Source: a virus (Duplodnaviria; Caudoviricetes). From it: a stretch of DNA of 62,561 bases. The translations under genes were made by a program, and so were the position numbers. The notes under the pieces were generated by a model, which worked only from the letters and a program-made list of their open reading frames with translations, made no database searches and was not told the origin of the DNA. The stretch is taken from the IMG/VR virus record IMGVR_UViG_3300045993_000669, positions 1 through 62,561 of that record; one strand, 5' to 3'. Of this stretch, positions 48,057 to 59,392 are shown piece after piece. Each line of letters begins with the position of its first letter. The stretch's first letter is position 1.

Positions 48057-48451
48057 TCCTCGTCCTCTGGCCACGCGGCCAGCACCGGCAGGTCTTCGGG
48101 GTCCAGCGCGGCCGGTTTCTCGATCTCGTAATCCTCCAGGCTTTCCACGATGGTTTCCCATTCATCGATCAGCCGGAGCGTTTCCTCGCCCTTCGCGCTG
48201 TCCTGCCAGGTTTCGCTTTTGGCCTCGTATTGGTCGCGCCAGCCGTCGATGACGTTTTCCTTGGCCCACTCCCGCAGGTCCGATTGGGCGCCGTTGAACT
48301 CGGCCAACGCCTCCCGCAGCGGCGCGAATGCCTCTGTCACGGCGGCGTTGTATGCCTCCATGGCCTCGCTCAGTTCCTCGTATCGTGTGGATAGCTGGGC
48401 CGTCAGCGCGTCCAGATCGGCGCGGGCGGCCTTCTTCAATGTGAATGCCAT
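48053..48451 (-). CDS. Acidic coiled-coil protein
   Basis: KSETWQDSAKGE motif; AAGGAA RBS. Confidence 0.65.
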   Translation of the reverse strand: MAFTLKKAARADLDALTAQLSTRYEELSEAMEAYNAAVTEAFAPLREALAEFNGAQSDLREWAKENVIDGWRDQYEAKSETWQDSAKGEETLRLIDEWETIVESLEDYEIEKPAALDPEDLPVLAAWPEDEE

Positions 48452-49075
48452 CGTTTCGTTCCTTTATTGGCTAACCCATTCCGGTTCGCTGATTTCCGCG
48501 CCGTCCTCAAACCATTGGACCTTGCCGTCCGACCGCTCGAACTTGACCGTCCGGCCTTCCTGGCGGCTTTCACAAATCGCATCCCAGTCGATGCCATTGC
48601 CTAGCGATGCCTCGCCGCCGGCATCGTCATAGGCGTAGATCTGCCCGTTGATTCCCGCTCGCATCGTTTCGTTCCTTCGTTGGTAAATGATTTACCGGCC
48701 CACGGCGGCCCATTGTTCGTTGCGTTCGGCGGCCAGCCTGCGCTCGCATTCGGCCCCGTCGATCTCGCCCCGGTAATAGGCGTCATGGATCTGGCAGAAC
48801 CGGCCCGTGGCCCTGGTGCGGTCCCGCAGTCCGGACGCCTTGGCCCAGCCCGGATCGGACAAATCGGGGAACGCGGCGGCCACGGCATCCAGGGCCGAGA
48901 GGATCACCTGGATGCGCGCGGAGGCTGTCCCATCGCGCGATATCCCGGCCGATAGCCGTTCGTGGTCGAGCGCGGGCAAGAGGGTGTCGAGGATGCGTTT
49001 CATGGTTTGGTTTCCTGTTCCGTTTGGTTCAATTCCATCCGATTTTCACGGTGCCATTTCGGTTTCGTGTTCTGT

Positions 49076-49645
49076 TCAATCCGCCGCTTCCGGCCATTGC
49101 TCCGGGTCCCATTCGCACGGGACCAGATCCAGGACCGGGGCAGGCTCCCGTGCCGGCCCGGCCAGCCGATGGGAAACCGGCACGATCCGCCGCGGCATGA
49201 TTTCGCCCGACAGCACGGCGGGTGCGGCATAGTCCGGCCCCGCGGGCAGCACGCCGCCCGGCCAATAGCGGGCGCTGGGCATGTTCACGTCGCGGGGCGA
49301 TTTGCCCGACACCGAGAGGCCAACCCATCGCACCCACGCCGCGGGCAATCGTGCCTTCAGGCAATCGGCCGAGAGATACCAACGGGCGCCATGGTCCGCG
49401 ATCGCCAGCATGCGGGCCGCGGTGAATGCCGGCATGAAATCATCGAAACCCCGGAAGCTATTGCCCGGCTGCCGGATCGCGATTGCCCCTCCGGCCCGCC
49501 TGTGTGCTGCCAGGATGGCCCTGGCGTAGGCTACCTGATCCATGGAGGGGGCAAGGGCGATAGCCTGCCCTGGCGCATCCTGGGCAGGCTGGCGCAGCAA
49601 CGCGCCAAGCCCGGCCCCCGTGGCGGTCCAGATGCCGCCGGTCAT
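49076..49645 (-). CDS. Hypothetical protein
   Basis: Coupled ORF. Confidence 0.5.
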   Translation of the reverse strand: MTGGIWTATGAGLGALLRQPAQDAPGQAIALAPSMDQVAYARAILAAHRRAGGAIAIRQPGNSFRGFDDFMPAFTAARMLAIADHGARWYLSADCLKARLPAAWVRWVGLSVSGKSPRDVNMPSARYWPGGVLPAGPDYAAPAVLSGEIMPRRIVPVSHRLAGPAREPAPVLDLVPCEWDPEQWPEAAD

Positions 49646-49862
49646 TTCAGGATTCCTTGCGCGACCATGCGACGTTCCGCCCGTGCGGCCGCATCCCGGC
49701 TGGCATAGGTAACGTCGTCCTGATCAGCGCAAACGATGCGCCATTTTTTGTCTGGATAATTCCGGCTGACGCAGCCAACGGCCCCCGAGGGGTAACGCAG
49801 ATTGTCCACGTACCACCCGCCATGGCGCCAACGGGAATACGCCGGAGTCCATGCCGCGGCGT

Positions 49863-50717
49863 TCACGATACCGCCCCCCGGAGCGCATCGATTGCCGCAT
49901 CAAACCGGCCATCGATTTCCCCCGCATCCCATAGCCGCAACACTTCGCGGGCCGCATCCCCCACGGCTTTAATCGACAATGGCAGGGCAGCGGCCGGCCG
50001 AGGGGCAATCCCGGCCCCCCCGGAAAGCGAGGGGCTGCCGGCGCCAATGATTCCGCCCGATTGCCGGGCAGGCCGCACGGCCGCAACCTGGGTCGCGGTA
50101 GCCTTCCCCTTCGGCGATGCCGCGATCGCGGCCTGAAGCACGGCAGCGGCCCCCGTGCCATCCTGCCTGATTGCCGCTATCGCGACCGTTGGCGACACTG
50201 CCCCATCCCGGACCATTTCCCGCACCGCATGCGGTGCTTCCGCCAATTCCAACAGGCTGGCGACATGCTGCCGGGTGCGGCCGATCCGGGATGCGATCTG
50301 TGATTCCGGCCAGCCAAACGCCAATAGCCGTTTCACCACTTCCGCTTGTTCAAGCCCGGTAAGCGGAAGGCCGGAATTGCTGGTCAAGAGCATTAGCGCG
50401 CGATCCGCTTCATTGGTGCCGCGGGCTTCCGGCAGACACGGGATGGTTTGAATCTCGCACCCCTCAGCAATGGCCAGGCGGACCGCCAGCAAGCGGCAAT
50501 GGCCATCCGTCACAACCACCCGGTCCCCTTGCATGCGCACCGTCAGCGGCCGCGTTTGCATGAACCCGCCGGATTTGATGCTTTCCGCGATCGCCAGGAT
50601 ATGGTCCCGCACCGCGGGGGTATCCGACCGGACGTTAAAGCCCGGATCGATTTCGATAAGAGCGGGCGCCAGTTGATACATATCAACCCGTTTGCCCAGA
50701 TCTTGCAGCCTTGCCAT
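49863..50717 (-). CDS. ParB-like nuclease domain protein with HTH
   Basis: GFNVR, VVTDGHCRLLA, GWPESQIASRIGRT. Confidence 0.8.
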   Translation of the reverse strand: MARLQDLGKRVDMYQLAPALIEIDPGFNVRSDTPAVRDHILAIAESIKSGGFMQTRPLTVRMQGDRVVVTDGHCRLLAVRLAIAEGCEIQTIPCLPEARGTNEADRALMLLTSNSGLPLTGLEQAEVVKRLLAFGWPESQIASRIGRTRQHVASLLELAEAPHAVREMVRDGAVSPTVAIAAIRQDGTGAAAVLQAAIAASPKGKATATQVAAVRPARQSGGIIGAGSPSLSGGAGIAPRPAAALPLSIKAVGDAAREVLRLWDAGEIDGRFDAAIDALRGAVS

Positions 50718-50804
50718 TTTCCAATCCTTCCCAGGACATAAAGAAATCCGCCTATCGCGGCACGGCCAGGGGCAATCGCCCGCCCCTGGCATTGTCGAGA
50801 TACG

Positions 50805-51917
50805 CTACGCCGCGGTTGCTGCCAGGACGCTGCCAAGGATATCGGCATCAGGCACGATCTCGGCCCGTGCCCGATGGGCCGGCACGTATTTGTATGATCC
50901 GTCCGCCATGGCGATCGCGCTTTCATACGCGGCCGTTTTGATCGCGGCGCCCGTGCCGAAAAATGCCGAATTGAGCCGATTGTCCTGATTTTTGGCGCGC
51001 GCGGAATGATCAACGTACTCTGTCACCGCGTTAAGCCAGCCCCAGACAGTGCCATCCGTGCCGGCCAATCCGGCCCCTTGTGCCGTGCCATCCAGGGCAA
51101 GACGCGCCACCGCCTGCACCGGGCTGGTCGCGCGCTTAATGTTCGCGGCCCGCTCGGCCGGCGACATATCGGACCATCCGGGAACAAAGATGCGGCCGGT
51201 ATGGTTGATCACTTCGGCATCTTCAATCTTGGTTTCCGCCATCCGGCGAAAATCGTTCATGGCATCGTCAAAGCGCGATCCTTCCGTGAGAAGGCCAAGC
51301 CCGGATTTCGCCGCGGCCGGATCGAACACGGAGCGATGGGCTACCCGCACGCTGGCCTTGTCCTTCCCGCGGGCAAGCGAAAGCGTGTTGTGGCAGACAA
51401 CCCGCACGGTTGTGTACCGGGCTTCCGTCGCGAGGCTGCCATCGGCCGATGTCGAAAGCAGGATGTAGCCCTTGAGCCTATCGGCCGGATCAGCGATCGC
51501 CGCGGATTCGCCCGTCGCCGCCAATGCCCAGAAACGCCGGCCGCCAAACAAGCAACCCGCCGTTTCCATTGTCATGCCCATCCGCTCCGTCAATTCGCGG
51601 AAAAATTCCATTACTTCCAATGGCTGCACAACCTGGTAGTCATCAGACACCACGCCAAGCGGGGCGGCCGTGTCACTGCGAAAGAGGACAACCCGGTCGT
51701 CCACGCTTGCCCAGCTGGCCGGATCGTCCGCGGATATCCCGTCCACGGCATAGCGGACCCGCGACCGGAGAATGCTCCAATCGAAGCCGGCCGCCGCGAT
51801 CCATTCCTCAATCGCGGCCCCGGCTGCCAGGTGGTTGCCAAGGCCATGCCAGCCAACCGCCCCCGTGTACGCCATTTCCGCGCTGCCATTGGCGCGGATG
51901 CTGATTTCGTCCGCCAT
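50805..51917 (-). CDS. DUF932 family phage/plasmid protein
   Basis: WHGLG, LGVVSDDYQVVQP, TTVRVVCHNT, WGWLNAVTEYVDH. Confidence 0.85.
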   Translation of the reverse strand: MADEISIRANGSAEMAYTGAVGWHGLGNHLAAGAAIEEWIAAAGFDWSILRSRVRYAVDGISADDPASWASVDDRVVLFRSDTAAPLGVVSDDYQVVQPLEVMEFFRELTERMGMTMETAGCLFGGRRFWALAATGESAAIADPADRLKGYILLSTSADGSLATEARYTTVRVVCHNTLSLARGKDKASVRVAHRSVFDPAAAKSGLGLLTEGSRFDDAMNDFRRMAETKIEDAEVINHTGRIFVPGWSDMSPAERAANIKRATSPVQAVARLALDGTAQGAGLAGTDGTVWGWLNAVTEYVDHSARAKNQDNRLNSAFFGTGAAIKTAAYESAIAMADGSYKYVPAHRARAEIVPDADILGSVLAATAA

Positions 51918-52229
51918 GATCAATTCCCCCGGATAATCAATTGCTGCACCGCGTCGCGGGCCGCATCCGTCGCCAGCCGGGCCGCATCCATCGCCGCGGC
52001 ATGACGGCTGCCCTGCGGCCGGCCGTTCCTGGCATCGTCCTGCAATTCGGCGAGCGTGATTTTCCAGGGTTCGCCTACCCGGCGTTCATTCTCAATCGCG
52101 AATAGCAGCGCGGAAACCGCCCTGATTTCATCCGTGTTCATCGTCCGTCCTTTCCCAAAGATCAGTTGAAACCCGCGCCTATCGCGGCATTGCCGGGCGC
52201 CATGCCCCCGGCATTGTAGCAATAGGCGA

Positions 52230-52733
52230 TTAGGCTGCCGTTTCCTCCCGTTCCTTCGCGCCGCGGACAAACCGGCCGCAGAAAGGACTATTTTGGCCAA
52301 TCCATGTATTGACCAGGAACTTGGCCACCAGCTTGCCCCCGCGGCTAATCGTCAAATAGAGGCAATCCGACGAAAATCCGGCATCCGACATGCGTCCCGT
52401 CGTCATGGCATCCATGTAGAACGTGAAGCCCAAAATATCGCCGGCCCGCAATGCAGCAACCGCCGTGTCCGTCACGTCCAAGCATTCGCCGCCCGGCGAG
52501 AAATACAGATGGGCGATGCAATCGACCTCGCGGACGCTCATGCGGTACGAGTGAGACAAAATGACCTCGGCCGGCACCAGATGATGTTGATCGCATGCGA
52601 AAGGATCACGCTCGGATTTCGTCGCGTTCTTGACCGCGTAAACAGAGGATGTCCCGTCCTTCCGATCCATGCGAACCACAATCGTGTTGCATTTCCGAAG
52701 CGCAGCCACGTCAATTTTTGATAACTCAGCCAT
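52230..52733 (-). CDS. Hypothetical protein
   Basis: GGGAAGG RBS within repeated leader. Confidence 0.6.
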   Translation of the reverse strand: MAELSKIDVAALRKCNTIVVRMDRKDGTSSVYAVKNATKSERDPFACDQHHLVPAEVILSHSYRMSVREVDCIAHLYFSPGGECLDVTDTAVAALRAGDILGFTFYMDAMTTGRMSDAGFSSDCLYLTISRGGKLVAKFLVNTWIGQNSPFCGRFVRGAKEREETAA

Positions 52734-54718
52734 TGTTCTACCCTTCCCAGGATCAGTGTTTTCCGCCTATCGCGGCATTCCGAGGCGCCGGTTGCCCCTC
52801 GGATTGGCGCGGCAGCCGTCAATCGTCAATCGCGGCCGTGTCCTGATAGGTCGCGAAATGGTCCGGCCCGTTGTGCAGTTCGATCCGGCCATGCCGGCCA
52901 AAAACGATCCGCGTGACCGGAACGCCGCCGCTGGTGATGCCGATCGATGCCACGGCCGCGGCCCCGACTTTCAACCGGCCCGGCAGATATGCGCGGCGCA
53001 AATCGGACGCGGAAACCATGATAATTGCCATGTCATCATCCTTCCCAGGATAGGGGGGCAATGCCCGCCCCGGTTGTCAGATCCGGCTGGTGATTTCCAG
53101 GATGAGAAGCGGAATAACCGCGGCCCCCAGAATGATCAGTAAAATTGCCGCTTCCATGATGCCGTTCCTTCCCAGGAAACCCGGCTGCGCCATCCGCCGC
53201 CGGTGAACAGAACGTATGACATTGTTGTCGATCGTTCTACAGACAATCGCGCATGGCAGCCATGCAAACCGCGCGGGGCGAAAATGATTTACCAATCGGA
53301 CCCATGCTTACGGAATACCGCATCGATGGCCAGCTGTTCACGGCCGTCGCGACAACCCAGCACAAACCGCCGCCGCCAGCCCGGCCCTTCTCAACAATCA
53401 CCTGGCAGTCCGTTTGCCCCCAATGCGAGCAGCCGTTCACGTTCACGCGGAAATGGCGATGCTACGCGCCAACCCAGCACGGAATCAGGCGATGTGAACC
53501 CTGCTTAGACAAAACTCGCGCGAGAAATGGCAGGGTCCCAAACAAACAGGCCAATAAGGCTGTCCTAAAATTCCGGGAAACCGCACCCGTCCCTCGCACC
53601 CCTGAACAGTTCAGACTCAACGCGCCAACCGCCACAGCAAACACCCGGAAAAGAACAGGCCGCGTTCACGTCGCGCAATTTGTGCCTCGCACGGCGCCCC
53701 CGGCAGCTGATCAGACTGCGGCGGTTGCCTCTCGCAAGCCTCGTGCGCCGCGTCCAGGTGGCGTGTTCAGTGATTGACGGCCGAGTCTGTACCGCATGCC
53801 GGGTGCGATCGATCGCCGTTTCCGCTCTCGGCCGGCCGTCATACAGAACCATGATGCGTCATCAAACGACCATTTGATCGCGTGGCCACCTTTTCTGTAA
53901 ATGATTTCAATGGCTTGTGCGGCATTGCCTGTCCTACCCTGCCCAGCCTGCCATTCCGCCCCCCCCGGCCTGCCCTGGCCTCGGCCGGCCGCCCTCGCCG
54001 CGGCGCCGGTTCCGCCCGGGCTTTGGGACGCCGACGCTGGGAGAAAAGGAGCGCCCCTCATATTCCCGCCAAAAAAAATCCGAGTTTGATACCGTAATTC
54101 ATTGGGTGTCGTCGGCTTGGCGCTGCGTGGATGGCTGTGTTTGATCGCTCGGCTGGGCGGGCGATTGGCTTGGCTTGTGCGGGTGGGTTGTAGAGCCGCG
54201 CGCTTCGCTAAGATCGCGGAAGGATGAGGTTGTTATGGCGCTTCGCGCAATTCTCTCATCCTTAATCCTTCTCTCCTTTTTTGGAGTGAGGACATAGGGC
54301 GTTGTTAGCCCTGGGCCGGGTCGAGCCTGACAACGAACGCGCTCCCCGTGGGTGGGGACTTTGTTCGGGCCTGCAAGCGGTGGAAGTGCCAATGCCGCTC
54401 GGTAGCCACGTGCCGCTTGGTGTCCGGTGCCGTTCGGGGGCTGCCGCCGGGGGTTATGCCCGGCGTTCGGACACGATCAGGCGTTTTCTTTTCGCAGAGG
54501 GACCCAGGGGAACCCGCCTTTGTGGGCGTGCGCGACTGAGCAGAATGTGTGGACTTTCAGGCCTTCCCGGCCGTCCGGGTATCCTGTTGTGAGGGTGACG
54601 GTTTCCTTTTGGAAGCCGCAGACATCGCATTTTCGGGCGCCCGGTACGGGCGTGCGGGTGGTGATCTTTCCGGCGTCGATGGCCCGGGCCTTTTTGGCCT
54701 TGGCCCAATCGCGGCGGG

Positions 54719-55111
54719 CTACCATTGGCCCCGGCCCCCGGCTGCCTTCGCCCGGTAGTCTTTGATCCAGGTGAGGGGTGGCTTGGGCTTGCGGCCCTTG
54801 GCGCGCTGTGAGGCGGCGTAGCGGGCATAGGTGAGCGCGAAGCCGGATGCCGCCGCTGCGTCCTCTGTGCCGTCCATGGCCGCGCTGGCGGGGTCGATGC
54901 GCCTGACGGGACCGGCGGCGCCGAATGTGCCCGGCACATATTTGCCCTTGGCCTTCCCCCCGGCCTTTGGCCGCTGCGGGTTGTGCTTTGGCTGGATGAT
55001 CTTGGCTTTGGGCAGGAAGATGCGGAGCGCGCCGGCGTTTTTGATGAGGGCCTTGCGGCGGGCCTCGATCTGGTCTGCTTCGGAGGCTTGCGTAGAGCGG
55101 GCTGCGTTCAT
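54719..55111 (-). CDS. Basic hypothetical protein
   Basis: Lys/Arg-rich ORF. Confidence 0.5.
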   Translation of the reverse strand: MNAARSTQASEADQIEARRKALIKNAGALRIFLPKAKIIQPKHNPQRPKAGGKAKGKYVPGTFGAAGPVRRIDPASAAMDGTEDAAAASGFALTYARYAASQRAKGRKPKPPLTWIKDYRAKAAGGRGQW

Positions 55112-55312
55112 ATTCTGACGCCTGATGCTTGTTTTTCGGGCATCGGCGTTTCCCTGGAAAGTGACGCCGATGCCCAATCCTTCAGAGGAACCCGCCCGGC
55201 CGTCAAGCCCGGGCGGTTTCTTTTTGCCCATTTCCCCCATTCTTCCCTTCCCCCTGGGCAATTTCGGTAGTAACGGATGGCCGTATCAACGGGATAGGGC
55301 GAGGCGCGGGCC

Positions 55313-58300
55313 ATGGGCACCAACGGGATTCCCGATAAGAAACAGGATGCGGCCGCGCCGCGTGCTTCCCGTGCCTGCTTCCGCCCCGCCGACGCCGCGG
55401 ATCGTTCAAATCTTTGTGAACGGTTCGATGCCCTGATGCGGCGGCCCAGGCCGCAGCCGGCGCCTTCATCTATCCCTCGGGCCGAGCGGCCGCCATCGGG
55501 ATACACGGCGGACGAAATGGCCAGGATGCTGGCCGATTGGGAGAGGAAGCTGTACGCCCAGCCCGTGGCGCCCCCGCGCATCCGCGGCACAAACGAGGGA
55601 CGGACGATCACGATCTTCGATGAGGCCGATCTGATCGAACGGCCCCGCGATCCGGGGAAAAGCACGTTCGCCGCGGACCTTGGCAAACTGAATACGATCG
55701 CAGCCATGCGCGAGATCGGCCGCTTGGCCGAATGGCAGCGCGTCCACGATGAGATGCGGCGGATCGAGCAGGACATGCGGGCGATCGCGGAAGCCGCGGC
55801 GGAACGGCCCACGCTGGAAAGCATTACCCAGGCGGTCAACCGGGATTTTGCGCGGCGTCATCCCCTGCCGCGGACGAACCCCATGATGGAACTGATCGAG
55901 AAGGACCAGCGGCCGCCCACGAAATCCCATCCCTTCCCCGCCCGCGCCTTGCAGCAGGACAAGCCGGACATCGGATTGAGAACGCCCTGGCAATGACGGA
56001 TGCCCCATTCCCGGCCCGCGCCCTCCGGCATATCGAAACAGACATCGGCCTCAGATTTGGCGGGGGAAACCAGCACATGACCTTTGCCGAACGCCGCTGG
56101 CAGCACGCATCCGAAATGCTGGCCGTTCTGAAAGAGCAGCACCCAGGCCAGATCATCGGCGATCAGCCAACGCAACAAATGATCCGGGACGCGGCGATAC
56201 TCGCGATCGGCGAAATGCTGGACGAAATCCTCGCGAGGATCGGATGAAGCAATATCTGTCCTCAGACCTCAAGCCGGGGACCTTCAGCGATGACCCCGGC
56301 CCGAATCGCGTTGACCCCGGCCCCGGACCACGGACGGACCGGGATAAACTGGCCAGGATCATTTCCGATTTCTATTCGTATGAAGCCCCTGGCAGGCTGT
56401 GCCTGAGCAAAGCCGACTATCTCGCGGCTGACGCGGCGATCGCGTTCTTTGAGAGAACGAAGCCATGAGGCACGGGGCATCCCGGAACGGCTCAATCGGT
56501 GCGCGCGGCGTCCGCGCCACGGAGAGGCGAATCCGGGAATACACGGCGGCGCTATCGTCCGAAGATGAAACCGAAGCCCAATATGCGCGGGAATATCTGG
56601 CCAGCATCGGGTGGCAGGCGCCAACCCGCGAGGACCCGGGGGCTGTGCGCCTGATCGCCGGCCCCAAGCCAAAGCCATGACCCCCGAAGCCAGGATCGCC
56701 CGGGCGCTCGAACTGCTGCTGCCCCTCGCGACCGCCGCCATCCCGGCCGACTACGACGTGCGATGCCGCGCGCTCGATCACGCGATAACACTCCATGGCG
56801 GCTGCCAAAGCGCCGACTTGGTGGTGTCCGAAAGCAAAAAGTTCCTCGCCTTCCTGCTGAACGTGCCGGACATGCCGAAGGAGGAATCGTAAGCGGTATG
56901 GAAAAACGCCCTGACCCGATATCGACGACATTCCAGGTCTCTTCCCCCGACTACGAGATAACGCTGATCTCAATGACGGACCCGCAAATCGCCCGCCTGA
57001 AAATCGTTCTGCTGAATACCAATCAGGAATTTTCCGTCGATCTGTCGGAACGGGCCTGCAAGCTGATCGGCGGCAACCTCCTGGAAATGGGCGCGCAGAT
57101 GGAATGGGATGACGATAAATGAGCGGCATCGGCGGAACAGAGGAAGAGCGGGACAAGCGGATCGCCGAGGCCGAATTTATGCGCGAGCGCGGCCTATGGG
57201 CGCCGGGGGCCGGGCCGTGGAACGATATCGCGGCCGACGCCATAGCCTCAATCAGCCGCGATCCCGGAACAGCGGAACCCGATCCCGCTCTGCCGCACGA
57301 TTACGAAGCCCGCTGCCTCGCCTTGGATATCGCGGCCCGTGTCCACAAGGAATACGGCGATGCCGATGCGATCCTCGAAGACTCCGGACGCTTCCTGGCC
57401 TTCCTGCTGGCAAAGCCCCCGCCGCCCCTGCCGGGGGAGCGGGGGCGGGACGATGGCTGAACACACGATCAAATCCGTGGACCGGGATGTCCGGTTCGAG
57501 TGCATCGTCATGCGGCAAGGGAATAGCCATGACATTGAGTTCCTGCGCCGGTTCTCCGCCACCCGCTGGGAAATTAAGCGCGGCGATGTCTGGTGGAACC
57601 TTCACGCAGCAGAAAACCACGAGCGCGCACGTCAGGATTATATGGATCGGCTCGCTCCATCCAAGTGGTCCGTCTACCGCTGGGTTCTGTATTCCCAGCG
57701 GGAGGTCTGCGATCTCGTGACCCTTCACGGCGGCGTGGCCGATGTCCATTTCAAACGCTTCCCAACCGGCGAATGGGAAATCAACCACAGCGACGAAACC
57801 TGGGTCCCCTGGCCGGAACACGCCTGCGAAGAAGCACTGTATCAGGCATACATCAAGGAATGATCACCATCGCGGTCATGAGGGACGGGGATATCTGCGT
57901 TGAAACCGTCAGCGGAAAGCGGGAACGCAAAGCCGCCGCCACCGGATTGTTGGACTGGTCCGAAATGACGCCGGAGCATTGGTCCGCCCTGAACGCATAT
58001 TGGATCGCCAAGACACCCGAGGCAGAGAAGGCCGCCTACGCCCGCATGATGGAACTCGGGTTCCCGGATGCCTATTGGGCCGAATGGGAAGATTGACCAT
58101 GGCCGGACGGCCGGCGGACGAAATCCTGGCCGTCCGGATCGAAAGCAGGCTGAAGGCCCGGCACACATGGGCACGCATCCGCCGCGAACTGGCGTGCGGA
58201 ACATCGACGATCGCCCGGATCGCCAAACTGATGAAGGAACCAAAAAATGTGGACCCTCACCCTCATGATCCAGGGACAAGCCCCGGCGATCCTCCAATAC

Positions 58301-59392
58301 GAGAAGGGGGATAAGGCAGAAGCCGCGTTCGCCCTGGCCGCTTCGGCGATCGACGGCGAAAATCAGGGCGCCCTCTCCTTCCGCGATGGCTTCGGCCGCG
58401 CCTTCTCCATCATGGGCGCGCACATCCAGGCCGCCATGCTCGAAGACCTGGAAAACGCACGCAAGGGCGATATCGCGATCCAACTGCTGAACGCCCGCGC
58501 ACAGGCCAATCTCAACAGAATGGCCGCCGCCGACCCAGCCGTCCGGGCCGCCCAGGCAGGAGCGCAGCTGATCGCGCCTATGAACGGGTTCCCCCGCCAA
58601 TAGCCAAGGATGCCGATTCGACACTTATATAGATGTGCGACACGGGGCCATCCCGGCCCCCGGAAAGGAAACAACAATGGCCGACCCATGGGATGCCCCG
58701 GATTTCTGCTCCAACGGCGAACGCGCCGCGGCGAAAAAGCTGGCCGGTGAACACGCCGATGCCCTCACCATGCTCGAACCCATGCAGGTGTGGACCCCGG
58801 AAGGCGTGCGCCATCTGATCACCCCCGACCCCAAGCCGCTTTGGCTCAACTTCCTGGCCTTCACAAAAACCGCCGCCGAAGTGCTGCCCGTGGCCCCGGC
58901 CCCGAAACCGGCCCCTGCGCCCGCGCCGATCCATCCCCAAGGGATAGACAGGCCAACCCCCCCATCCAAAGCCGCCTGATCCCATGCGGCGCCGGCGCCA
59001 TCCGCCCCCCAAAGGGATAGACACGCCAGACCCCCACGAGGGCCTGCTGTACCATCCAACCCAGGGGTGGGTGACGCCGGAACGGATGACCTACATCTGC
59101 CAAAGCAACATCATCGCCATGGAACTGCATCCGTCCCTCGAATGGCTGCGCGAGGAAGACCGGCGGGAAATGGAACGGCCCGATGGCTAAGGCCCCCGAA
59201 GCCGCGCAGATGCGGTCCATCATCAAAGCGATGACCCACATCATATTTGAACAGGATCAGGAACTGGCAAAACTGACAACCAGACGGGTGCGGTATTCCT
59301 GGCGCGATATCAACGGGAAAATACAAACCGTGCCCCGCCTGTCGAGAGCGGATGAGGCCGCCTTGCAGGCCCGGGATTTAGCCCATGGCTAA
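55313..59392 (+). other. Run of about 14 small rightward hypothetical genes upstream of terminase
   Basis: Coupled ORFs with RBSs. Confidence 0.6.
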
